64,000 nucleotides of DNA from Klebsormidium nitens (Eukaryota > Plantae > Klebsormidiophyceae). The stretch covers positions 41,898-105,897 of the forward strand of contig DF237254.1 in assembly GCA_000708835.1 (NCBI GenBank), given 5' to 3'. The translations under genes and the position numbers were made by a program. This document shows, one piece after another, positions 1-12,454 of the stretch (position 1 is its first letter; the number at the start of each line of letters is the position of its first letter). The notes below the pieces were generated by a model. It was not told where the DNA came from. It saw only the letters and a program-made list of their open reading frames with translations, and did not search any database.

Positions 1-321
1 GCCTTTCAGGCTGTTGAACGACGAAGTCGCACTTCCATCTAGAATTAGTAAAACAACGGGGTTAACCGCCGCAAAATAAACACTGCTTTGGAGAACACCT
101 CGCTTCCTTGCTCGATGCAAACTGCTAAAGAAGGACGTGAGAACCTTTCAGGCGAGTGGACAAACTCTGGTGAACCTCTCCAATTCAAAGCTCTCTTTCC
201 TCCTGCGTTACCAATCCTTCAATGGGAAAGTAAGATCTGGAAGTATAGGTGACTTCCTGGAAAGTAAATGCGAAAGTCGAAGTTTCAATGACGACAAAAA
301 TAACCGGAGCAGCATTCCCAC

Positions 322-3300
322 CTGTACGGCACTTCCTGGTCCCCGATGACGTTGGGCACCTTGATGCGTCGCAGCGCGCGCACGCGCGTAGGGCATTCCA
401 ACACCACGTGGCCCTCAGATAAGGGCTCCTCGCCAGTCCCCGTCAGCGTATAAACGCCGGCGCCCGATAATTGCAGCTCTGATCAGAGGGATACGAACGA
501 CACTATGAGAAGTTTGTCCGGCCTTGTCAATGTGTGTGATCCGGAGCCGTGGCGGTACAACGTCGATCGCAATGCACACGGTGGAAACCACTCACAGGAT
601 CACAGCCGAGCCTAAAGCTTCTGATGACCTCATTCGATCAAAGATCTTGCAAATGGAACGGAAAGAAACTCAATTGCAAACGCGCCTCCCCAATTGCCTT
701 CAACTCTGGAGTAGGCTCACAAGGTAAGACAGACGAGTTCGTCTTCGCAGGGAGACAGAATCTGCAGGAGAAGACACCCCTCCAAGCGGCAGTTCTTGTA
801 TTGGAGTTGTTCCACTCATATAACAAAGTAGTCCGACCAGCGTTCCGTTCCGCTCACCAGAGGTGTACTCCCCGATCCACGGCGGCCGGAACGTCAGCGC
901 GTACTGCGTCATCCCTCCGGGGGGCACCGACACCTCTCTCGGCCCCGTGAAAGCCGTCCCCCCCGAAAAGTTGGCCTTGACAATCAGCGGCTTATCCGAG
1001 CCGTTGGATATGGGCAGCTCCTGCAGGATGCTCGCGCGCGCGGGGCACGAGAACGCGAGCGCAGCGCGCGCGTCTGGCGCGGCCGCGCAGAACTCCAGGT
1101 CGAAGACGCGCACGTCGGCCGGTGACGTCAGCGTGACGCGGGCGGGGTAGGTCCCCGGTTGCTTCGGGCTAAACGTCGCGAGCAGGACGTTGGCAGGGGC
1201 GGCAATTTTCGGGTCAGCGGGAGGTTTGCCGTTAACCGCGGGTTCCTTGGGCGGCGGTTTGGGGTTTGGGGAACCGAGGGTGACGTCATGCGGCACGTGG
1301 ACGTACTGGCTGCTGGAGTGCACGGCGAATCTCACCGCGCGCGTGCTCGCGCCCTGGACGATTTCCCCGAGCGCTTTCAGAAGCTCCGTCTGCTTTTTGT
1401 TCTTTGCCCCGGGGTGCTTCTCTAGGAAGATGCGCTTAGCGTTCTCGAACTGGGGATTGGTCACCGGGATGACCACCTCCTTAACCACCGGGTTTTTGCC
1501 AAACTCCGTCACGAACTTGGGCAGCTGCGTCGGCGCGGGGGGCTTCGCTTTCGCCTCGACGAGGTGCACGATTTCGCCGAAGATCTTATCCTCTAGGCGT
1601 ACCGTGCAGCTAAACTGCCCCTGTTGGAACGGTAAAAAGTGCACCACCAGGCGACCTTTCTCTTTCATTCTCAACCGCAGGACGGACTTGTCGCAGCCAA
1701 ACGCGTCCGGCGGAACGGCCTTTCCGTCGGCGCTGCCAACGGAAGCGGAACTGGGCTCCTCCGAGATGGGCGCCCGCTTAACCGCCTTCTTAACCTCCGG
1801 CTCGGCCGCGGGTTTCTTGACGCACGCCTGGAGTAGCGTGACCGCAAACTCACAGTCCCCAGGGAACGGGTTCCCAACCTCTAGTTCGACCGTTGTGTAC
1901 TCAAAGAGACGCGCTTCCGTCTGCCACGTGGCAACCGGAAGCTCGGACAGCGCGCGCGCGCGCAGCGCAAAGACCATGGTCGCGGCCACGGCCGCGCCCT
2001 CCCGCTTGCTCGCGAGCATCAGGCGTCCCTCCACGGGTTTAGAAATCGACGGCGTGCAGGTTATCATAACCTTCTCGGTTCCCCGGGGTTCGATGCGGAT
2101 TGAATCCTTCCCGACTTCGAACTCTTTGCTCCCCTCTAGTTGCACGTGGTAGGAGATCGGCTTCGACGTCGGGTTGGTTAGCTCGACCACCTTCGCTAAC
2201 CGCTCCCCTAACCGCCCCGCGAACTCCACCGTGGACCGGGGCGCCAGCTGCGGCAGCGCCTGGTAGAGATAAACCGAGAACACTAGAAGTTCTCGGGCCT
2301 GCGGGAACGCCAGCTCGTCCTCCGTGATCGTATAAGGTAACCGGAGCACGCCCATCATTTCGATGAGGACCTTCGCGTTCGCGCGCACTTTGGACTCGCT
2401 CTTGGCGCCACGTGTCAGCGCCTGGGAGAAGCTGTTGAGGCCCGGCCAGTGGGAAACTAGAAGCGCGTAGAAAACGGTGCCGTCGCGCAGGTCGGCGTCG
2501 AAGTTGGTCACCCGGTAGGCTTGCCCCGGGAGGACCTTCCGGAAGTGGGCGGTCATCCATTTGAGCAGAACGGACTCCGGAACGCTGGAAAAGCAAAGAA
2601 TCTCAAAGTGAGGAGTTGTACCGAAGTACGGAATGTTCTTTGTTTTAGTGGGGAGGACCTTCCGGAAGTGGGCGGTCAATCACTTAAGCAGAACGGACTC
2701 CGGAACGCTGCAAAAGCATAGAATTTTAAATTGAGGACTAAAAACGGAGTGCAGATTTTTTATTGGAATCATACTATAATGTCACTGCTTGAACGAAGGG
2801 TATTCAAGGGAGCAACCCACGAAAAACTCTAAGCGACTGCGCTTAATTTGAAACGGGACAAAAGCTTTCGAATGAACTCTGCAGCGGAAGCTTATGATCC
2901 GCGAAAGACGGTGTAGCGCATCGCTACACCTCAGGTGCTTTCACTCAACTTCCACCGTGAAAGCCATGTTTGTTACGTATCCAGGGTGACAAAACCTGTG
3001 ATTTTGGTCAGTGTATGCAAATCGTCTACCTGAGGAAGTTGCTGCCCACAAGGGACGGGTCGGTGGCGGCGTGCTTTCCGTTCCGCTTTGCGCCGGCGGA
3101 CGGAACGGGCGGAAGGAGGCCCTCCATCCCCGGAAGCGTGGCCAACGACTTGGGAGTGACGCGGTTGAGTACAAAGATCCGCAACACCTGCAAAGAACGA
3201 AAAACCTCAATCTTAGTCTGAATCTTGAATTGAATCAACATGAAAGTGACGAGACGAATGAACTGAGTAGAGGCTCCGTGGATTCGTGCGAAACAATGAT

Positions 3301-6300
3301 GGAAGCAAAAGTAAAGTTTCATTGCAAAAAGGCAGCGTCTATTCGACCCCGGCGGCCACTTGCTTCTCTGAGAAACGTTGCACCAATTAGTTTAGGTAGA
3401 GTTCCTTTCGAGACCTAAGCGAGTGTCCTTTCCGGTTACAGAACCGGATATTTGAAAGCAGAGGCTTTTGGGTTCTCAAGTGTTAAATTTCGAGACAACG
3501 GAACCTCTAACGGATCTGAAATAACAGGGTATCTAGACAAACGAGACCTCTAAGGAATCTAAAAAATAGGGTGTCTACATTGAAGCTTCCTTTGCGGGAG
3601 CGGAAAATACAAAGACGGACTGTCCACTGCTCTTGAGTTTGGAAGAGCTGTTATTGCAGCTGCAGCAGCGAGAAATATGCTGTCATGACCTCCGCGTGTC
3701 ACAGGGAAACTCTGGCGGCATCCTTTTATCCACCCATCAGAACTTCAAAATTCTTCCGTTTGATCAGTGGGTCTAGTATGAAATGTGTAAGCCCGCGGCT
3801 AGTAAAGCGGCAATCGTCACCTGGAACAGCGTCATGTGCCACGCCTCACTGGACACGTTCGCAAAGTTGGCCAGCACCGCGCGCCAGGCGGCCGCGGCTT
3901 CCCGCGCGCCGGCCGCCGCCGCGCCCTCGCCGTCGCCCTCCTCGCCCAAACCCTCCAAACCCTGCTCCCTGGTCGCGAGCACGCGCTCCAGATCGTCTTC
4001 CGTCAGCAACAGCTCCGGTTTTACCGCGTTCAAAAGCGCGCCGTGCTGCTTCAGAAACGTCAGCACTTTTTCGTACTGGCCCCGGACCGCCTCCGCCTGG
4101 TCCTTCTTGTTGGGGGGCAGTTTTCCCAGCTTGCCGGGCACCCCCTTCCCGCTCAGATTCTCCACCAGCTCGACCAGCAGCTTCCCCTTCGACGCCGAAA
4201 ACTCGCCGGCAATGTCTTTAATCGGCGCGCGCGAGAGCGTGACGTCAAGCCAGCGCGCGAGTGCGCCGCTCTGTGACGTCACGCTGGCGTCGGACAGCTC
4301 CGGGGGCTGGATCTTGTACCCGGCGTCGGGAACTAGAGTCGGGGCTTTTCCGTCTTCCACCGAGATTTGCAGCGCCTCCTTGTTGAAGGTGAGGAACGGG
4401 TGGTTCGTGAGAAGGCAGTTGTCCGCCGTTCCGGTCACCGGAACGGAAAATTTTCGGCCGTCGTCGTCGAAGAAGTCCAGATTCGCCGTGAAAGAGAGCG
4501 GCTGGTCTGACGCAAAGCTGACGTCGACGGGCAGGCGCTCCTTAGCGAACCCTATAAGCGTTCCTCCGGGGAACTCCAACTGGAGGGGCGCCTTATCGGA
4601 ATCGATCGGCAGCCGGTATTTGACGTCCAGGTTATCGTAACCCTTGTTGACCAGGTAGAAACGTGCGCGGGTGCGGATGTCAAGCGGAACAACCGGAAGG
4701 GTAATCTCCCTAACCTCAAAAGCTAACCCCGGCGCCAGCCCCGTGCCTTTTAGGGTCAGGAAGGAGTACGGCTCCTTTTCCGTTGTGCCGTCCAGGTGCA
4801 CCGGAACGGAACACTTGTACTGCTCCGCCTCCCGTGGCAGGAATGTGACCCGTATCGTTGTCGAAGTGCCCTCCGCCAAAACGCCCTGCTTCGGTTCGAC
4901 GGTGAACACGCCCTTGGAGGCGTCCACGTCAGCAGTCCCCAGCTGCCACGTCAGCGGCTTCTCGTCCGTGTTCGTGATCGTCGTCTCCATAGCGTATGGG
5001 ATCTGCTTCACCGTTTCTTTCTTGACGATCTTGGCGCCAAAGGCGAGGACGGGGGGCGCGAGGCGCGCCCGCGGCTTCAGCCCGCGTGCGCGCACCGCGC
5101 GCGCCGGCTGCTCGCCCGCCGGAACGCCGAGGACGGACAGTGGAAGGTCGAATGACTCCACGCGGTCGCGCGTCGGCTGAAACGACAGCACAAATGTCAG
5201 CGTCTTTTTGGCCGCGAGCAGAATCTTGTACTGCGGCCCTTCGTCGTCGATCTCGCCCTGGGCGGAACCGCCAGAATCCGCTTCGACGTCAATACTTCTC
5301 GGCCCCCCGGGGGAGATCAGCTGCAGCGGTCCGTCGGCAAATTCCTCCTCATTCGGCGCGGTCGCGGTCGCGGTTGCGCGCACGCGCGCGGGCAGCTCGA
5401 GCCGGAACTCCGGGTGTCCGCTGAGGTCCAGCAGCAAAGCCGCTGGAATTCCGCTGCTGTTGGTCAACGTCAGCGTCTGCTGTGCTGACGCGCCGATGTA
5501 AATAGCCCCGAAAGCGAACTCCTGCTGTTCGATGGTGACGGTCGGGACGACGGCGTGCGCGCACACCTGGAGACCGGTCGGTTTGCCGCCCCGGGCAGAG
5601 ACCTGCGCGAAAGCATTTTGGTCATTGATGTGGTCAACAAGTAGCACTTTTCAGTCTAGAGACACTCCGTGCAGTGAGAACGTCTGGAAGCCTTTTGGTT
5701 GTGCATATATCTGGTTCGAGAGGTTGTCCGGGCGACCTTAAATTGGAGCTCGTTTATAGAAGCACGGAACTCAAAACTAATCAAGAACTCGCAACTCGCA
5801 AACCTTGCCCTTTTGTGGTCCATTTCCACTCGAGGGTTGTAGTGAATCAGAATCCGTAACTTGAGACTGCGTGTCCCAAACGCAAACACAACCTCATTCA
5901 AGGTAAGTGGAGGGTGCGATTTCGAGGAATAGACAAAGGACGCCCATGAGCAACTCTTTGTTCTCCATCTGAGCGTTGCACAAGATCTTAAAAACATATC
6001 AATTCCGCAATCCTTCGCGCCCCAGCGTATGTGTGTACATGGTACGCTAATACCGAAGTAAGTGAAAAGCAACCACAAGGTCAAAGTTTACTTTGTTGAA
6101 AGCTTTTGATCCGTTGTTGGGGTCCGTTTCAACGAACCTTTTTCGCAAACCTAAGAGTCTCTTCAAGTCGCCCTTGAATAGACCCAGCTTCCAACGAGAG
6201 TAGCTGAGTATTTACCTGGAGCCACGCGTCGTACTCTTTCGCCTCCTCCGCTTCGAACGTCAGCTCCAAGTCTTGCGTTCCCCCCGGGCTGATCCGTCCG

Positions 6301-9300
6301 GCGACCGGGCTGCAGGAAAGCACCGCTGACTGGTCGCCCGCCGACGCCCGGAAGACGACGTCCGTCTTGCCGACGTTCCGCAGCGGAACGGTCTTGTGGA
6401 CAGGGGCGCCCACCGGAACCATGCCCAGGTCGAGCTTCTTATCCTTGAAGGCGCACTTGCCTTCCAGGCTCTCCCCTGCATTGAAACGGCTATTCCTTCA
6501 AATGGGCGTAGGCCATGCATGAACACCCCAATAAAATCGAGGGTAATGGGGCCCCAGAGTGGCCAAACTTCCAATCGGGTCCGTCCGAAAACGACTCGAA
6601 AGCTTTGAATGACAAATTTCGGACAGTTGAAATCGAACGCTCAAGGTTGTTGTCAGGTCACACTTTGCGTTCTTCCTGGGTTCCCTTTCTGCTCGATTCA
6701 CACACGTCTTTTCAATCACTCATCAAGATCCGGCCAATCTCTCGTCAAGCTGCGTTTCGCACTTGCTTCTGGAGACTTAATCAGGGCATGAATCTGCGAT
6801 ACCTGAATCGCAAAGACAGCCACCTACATACCGCAAATCAATACCGAACAGCTTTGCTTTTCACCAAAAGAGATACGCGGTATCAGAACCTTCTTTCCTT
6901 GACCTTCCTTTCTTGTCACATAACATACGGAAGCCTAGCTTTCTCTTGCTCACGAAAACCGCGGTACGTACCGCTACAGCGCACCCGCTTGCTCGCGCCC
7001 GCGCCCCCTACTACGCTCAGCGTCAGGAACCCGTCGTTGTTTCCGGTTCCGGGCCGCCACGTGACGGTGACCGGAACGGAACCCAACTTCTCGATCGCGC
7101 CCCGGGTTGGCGTGACCTCAAACGCCGGGTTAGAGCACTCCCACTGGTAGTCCGCAGTGTGGTTGTTCGGGTTATGGACGATTAACTGCTCGGTTATGCA
7201 GGGTTCCCAGTCGTCGGGTGTGTAGCGGAAGTCAATCTCCTCCCGGGAGATGGAGAGAGCGACCGGTTCTACTTCGGCGAGGACCTCCAACTGAAACCTG
7301 TGAAACCGGGGGAAGCAGTATCCGCTGAGTCAGGCCATCTTAAAAATCGAGTGGTTCCTCTCGTGATAGGCCAAGCTCTAATGGTGTCGTTAGGAAATCA
7401 CCAACTGAAGACCAGATCGTCAAGCTGAGCGAAAGCGGCTCGTGAGTTGTCAACATGTTTGTCTGTAGCCGGACCAAATCGGACGGCAAACGAGGAGATG
7501 CGGGAAGTTTTTAGGATTGTCTTCTGAAGGCTACGACGAGACGGGCACGGCGAACGGAACGGTTTAACGTCTGGCGCAAGGTCTTACGCGAGTACGCATA
7601 AGCTAGTAAAGCCCATTTCTCACGTGCAAAGAAGATTCTTTAAAAGTCGGACGAAGAACCCAGAGAGCGGGCCATTAAGAAGCAGGTGTCCTGACAAAGA
7701 CCCGTTTCGGTAACCAACATGAGAGCCCTGATTGTTTTCAGACACATCAAAGGGCTGGTCTTCGCGATTGGGGCTGGGTAGGAGAGTACACGTTTCAACC
7801 AATGGGATTGGAAACAAGCGGTTCGCCCCATCGTAAATTCGGACATCATGCGAGAACAAATCCTTCACGGAAGCATACGCTCCTTCATGAATGAACCGGA
7901 GTCCTCTTGGACTCATTCTAGAGGATTCTCTGAGACAGCCGACCGAAGGGATGTCTCCAAACCATTGTCCTTCATCTCAGCAGCTGCAAAGCCGGACCGT
8001 CCGATCCTTCCTGCTTACCTGTGCTGACCGTTAATGACGTACTCCACCTTCTGGCGCACCGTCTGCAGCTTGTTCGTACACAGCACGATCCTGAAGCCCG
8101 CCGTTGCCCCGGGGGGGATCACCTGGCTCTCCGGTTCGCTTTTCTCCAGCTCCGGTACGGACCGGGTCTCAACCCCGACCAGAATGCTCTTGTGCAGCTT
8201 GTTCGTGACTGTGAAAATCTTCGTGTGGGGCGCCAGAGCGCTGACCCGCCCAAAGTCGAGAGAATGAGGCCCTGCTACGATCTTCACGATGTCGCTCGGG
8301 CGTAATTGTGAGTGACACTCGTGCGCCTCCCCCGCTTCACAGGGCCTCGCCTTAAACTTTGCCACGGAGTGGATTTCGGACTCGGTGTTCGTTTGCAACG
8401 GACGGTTCTTCGGGCGGACGTACGAACCCTCCTTCCCGATCTCGTTTACGTCTTTGATCAGCCACAGCGGATCCTTCGCGAGCGGCAACTCCGGTTCGGG
8501 TTCCCTTAAGCCGGAGAACAGCGCTAACCCGAGGTTTAGCGCGTCGTCCGGGGGCGGAGGTTTAGCGGTCCCCCGGTTTTCTCGCTCCTCTCGTTCCATC
8601 CGGGCGCTCCGCAAGAAGGTCTTGTACTGATCGCGATGCTCGTCCCGCTTCGTTGACTCGTTCCTCGATAGCTTATGCAGCCCGCCGATGGCGTCGTCCT
8701 CCGCCTCCACTAACCCGCTCACTAATCCGCTGGTTAAGCCGCTGTTCGGGGAGACAGAAGTAAGCGCAAACCCGGTGCGTCTCTTCTCGGGCGACCGATT
8801 TGTTCCCCGCCCAACCGTTGCCGCCTTTACCGCAACCGTTGCAGGAGCTTTTCCGTCCACTCGCACCTCTAGTTTCTGCACGACCGGCCCCTTATCCGCC
8901 CCGCTTATGTCGCACGTCAGCACCGCCCGGCGAGGCCCGATGACTTTTGGATCAAAAGTGACGGCCACCAATTTAGACGCACGTGGGGGGATGATCCCGT
9001 GATCGGGTGCCACGTGGAACTCTGCTAAGCGTCCGAACTCGAACCGCACCGGGAGCTCAGTCTCTCCGTTCTCGAGCGTCAGCGTCTTCTTGACGCGGGT
9101 CTTCAAACCGGGCTCCCCGAACGAGAGGGCGGTCGGTGTGAATACAACCGAGGGCTCGACGCCCTGTCCCCAAATCGGGAGCTTCAGTCTGCGCTTCACC
9201 TCCTTCACATCGAAGATCGTCAGGAAAGAAAAGACTTGCTTTCCCGCACCCGCCGCAGGTTTCGTCGTCGAAAACCCCTTCATCGGCCCTTCTCTCGCAA

Positions 9301-11266
9301 CCGCCAACGTGATTACCACAGGTAATTCAGAAAACGGTGGCACCGTTCCGCTTGCCGGTGACACCGTCACACACTTCGACTTCGCCGCCTGGAGTCCCTC
9401 CAGCCTTTCAGCCGAGATGGTGTCAATCGGGCCGTGGTCCCCAGACCCCCGGCTGCTGTCCGGGTTCGTATACAGCCCCGTCTCATAGCTTATGGGCACG
9501 GGTCCGAGGTTTCGCAAACGCGCCCGCACCGTTTTGGAGCTCCCGAAGAACAGCGAACCGAAGTCGATTCTCCCCAGGGGCGTCCCGTCCTCCGCGCAAA
9601 AGTCCACTTTCTGGGGGGTGCTCGAGGCAGTGATTTCGACCCCCTGGGACTGAACTTGCCCCGGCTCCCCCCATTTAAACTCCACCCCCGCCTTAAAGTC
9701 CCCCGCATCTTTGGCCTCGTATGTGACTTTGACTTCTTCTCCAGAGTTCGGACCCAGAAACCCGCTTTGAGGTTCCACTATAACAGGGCAACTGTGATCG
9801 AAGCGTACCGACCATTCTGCCCCTTTTCCGCCTTTGTTCGAGATCGTCAGAGTCTTCTCGATTACGCTTCCTTGAGCAACCGCGCCGAGAAGTAGAACCG
9901 AGGGTTCGATGTGAAGGAAAGACTGGGGGAGAAGAGTGTGCAGCGGAATGCAGAGGGGGGGGCCTTGCTCTGTCTCGATGGTAAGTGCGCCGTGGACGTC
10001 CTTTTTGAGGGGGCCGTCTTGGCGGACCGTAACCTGCAACAGAGAAATCTGAATGTCACTTCACATGAAAAGATAAATATCCTGCAAACCACTATCAGCC
10101 GGAGCTGGTTATGAGTAGCAGCAACTTGTGCTACCGCCAATTTAGACTGATCCTTAAATCCCTGATGAAGAAGAAATCGGTTTGACCATGAAAGAGCGAT
10201 TTTACCAGGCACGGCGCTCCTGGTGACAGCCCGAAAGATCAGACTCTTCCTAAAGAAAGTATTGTTTCGACCCTTGTGAGGGCTAGAGGCCCAATAGAGC
10301 AGTCTCTTTCGGCAAGGTACGGCAGAGGGGCTCTGGAAACCCCGAGCGCTGCAAGCAAGTCGACCTGTCCAACTTCTGATGAGCATCCCATGAAAAAGGA
10401 AGGAAGGAAAAATGTGAATCCATGACACAGAGCATTGGCAGGATGGCACTGCCGAAGCTGGCTCTAATCTCCCTGTTCTGCTGCTCACGGTCTTTTCCTC
10501 TCCGCATTGACAATCGGATTACCAAATGTGGCGCGCAAGCTTTTCTCGAAGTGGAGAGAAGAGGAACATTCACAGAAACACTTGCGTGTAAAGTAGGACT
10601 TTGAAAAGGTTCCCATTCTGGCATTTTGACGAAGAGATCGTCGTCTTCTTTCTGTCATCATGTACTTTTGGCTTTTCTTACCACCAAAATCTGACCACCA
10701 AGTTCCCACACACAACTTTAGAGTGCAAGCTCAGAACTTGATACATCTTGACTTGTAGGATCCTAACCTTTCAGAATCTGGAAAGTGTATCCAGTATGTC
10801 CAAGCTATATTTTTCTCTCCAAATCAGAGACAAGATTACAATCAGCAATAAGCCTGCTGCCAAATTCAAGCAACAAGCCAAACAAGCGGTGTCAAAACGG
10901 CCAGACCCCCACCTTCACTTTCGTCTCTATCCCCGGGGCCAGCTTCACGACCCGGCTCGCTGACACCACCCCAAAGCACTCTGGCGTGGGGGGCAAAATC
11001 CGGACAGAGTGCGTGCGCACTGCATCCACATTCTTCAGTGTCAAGAACGCGTGCTGCTCCGCCCCTGTTTCCGATGCCTGGAAATTGACACTAGCTGGGA
11101 GGGCCCTGATGAAAGGATGCGCTCTTAGCAGGGGGGCCGCTGTGGCTGTGCTAGGGGCCCCCTCCCGGGACTGGCTGGCATTGGAATTGCCTGAGAAAGG
11201 AGTGTCGAGGCCTCGTTTTGGTACCGGCGGCGGCTCTGGCTGGGGGCCGGCCAGAGAAGCCGCCAT
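322..11266 (-). CDS. CFAP47: Cilia- and flagella-associated protein 47 (multiple ASH/Ig-like domains plus CH domain); 3' end continues beyond window start
   Basis: Spliced minus-strand exons with GT/AG and consistent phases: ~11266-10909, 10033-8020, 7297-~6972, ~6477-6214, ~5603-3818, ~3187-3030, 2586-~860, ~484-322. CH-domain motif 'SNFLSVPESVLLKWMTAHF..VTNFDADLRDGTVFYALL', repeated 'L.L.N.....' ASH-type beta segments and 'YTLTGTGEEPLSEGHVVLEC' match my recollection of CFAP47. Confidence 0.85.
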
Positions 11267-12454
11267 GCTTGTGCCGCCACAGGGCCTATCTGTGTCTCAT
11301 CCCTTGTTGTCGCCCCTCGTAAGCTATGAATCAAAATGGGAGCTCACAGAGCTCTTGGAATGTGTGCAGCAGGTAAGATTCGAGACAATCTTTTGCTAGG
11401 TGTCAACCTAGGGTGGCCACTTTTCTAGGAGTACTTTTTCAGAGCTGGTAAGGAACTCCTTACTGATATAAAAACAGTCTGCTACCCCAGGTTGGGGATC
11501 ACAATGGAGCGCAGGGACTGAGCTCTGGCATTCTTTGCGACGCACCTTTTAAGCGTTTCTTTTTCTTCTGGGCGAGAAAGGGGCAACCCAGGACATCCAA
11601 GAGGTGATCACAAGAATTGCATGTGATGTTCTCAAAAAACTTGCTCCCTTGAATGAGGATTCTATGTCCATACGCCTGGCTCTGCGGCTCCGTTTCAAGC
11701 TGCCTTTCAGCTCAAGCCTCAGATAGCTAGCTTGTCCAGCTGCAGGAGATCGCGGTCCTACTAGTTCAAGGGGATTGCGGTCTACCTACTACGGAGGTAT
11801 CACCTACAAATGCTGATCCGTGAGCTAGGCCCAGGTGTTCAGCTGAGTGTGGATCTGTACGTCCTTTCGTCCAGCTTACGTCCGTCGATTGAATCAGAGG
11901 CGCATGCAGGCCGTTCGATCAGCAGCCTCGCGCGCGGTCAATCGTTACCATCGGCGGTACATAACTGAGGGCAAGCTGGAGTCGACCACGTACCAAGACT
12001 CAAGAGTATTACACGGATTGCATTGCTGCACAGACTTCACAAACCCTGGCCATCTGAAGCTCGAGATAGTTCCTACTCATTGTAGATTGTGTAAATAATA
12101 GCCCCATGCAGCCGCTCTTTGATCACTCAAGCTTTAGTGACTCAGAGTCAAGGCATCCAGAGTCCTGGCCGAACAGCAGGACTATTATGCCAGATTTAGA
12201 CCCAGGGAAGGTTCTTCCAGCGTCATTCAGACCGCTCCTGCGCTTCTTTCACTAAGCTTCCCTGTTTTTGGTGAATCATAAAGGTTGTGGCGGATGGGGG
12301 CCGGTCGCCAATAATGATCTCTGCTCATTGTCCTTCTTTCAGATGTTTGTTTGAGCTCTTTTTTAGGCACTTCCCTGTTCGGGGACTAAATCTAAGCTGA
12401 AAGGAAATACACGCAGCTGATAATTCTGCGACCTAGCTTCAGAAAGTCGCAGAG

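Noticed and set aside
549-10488. Many long + strand ORFs (e.g. 1190-2152, 3783-4640)
   Set aside because: Antisense shadows of GC3-rich CFAP47 exons, with no independent protein features.
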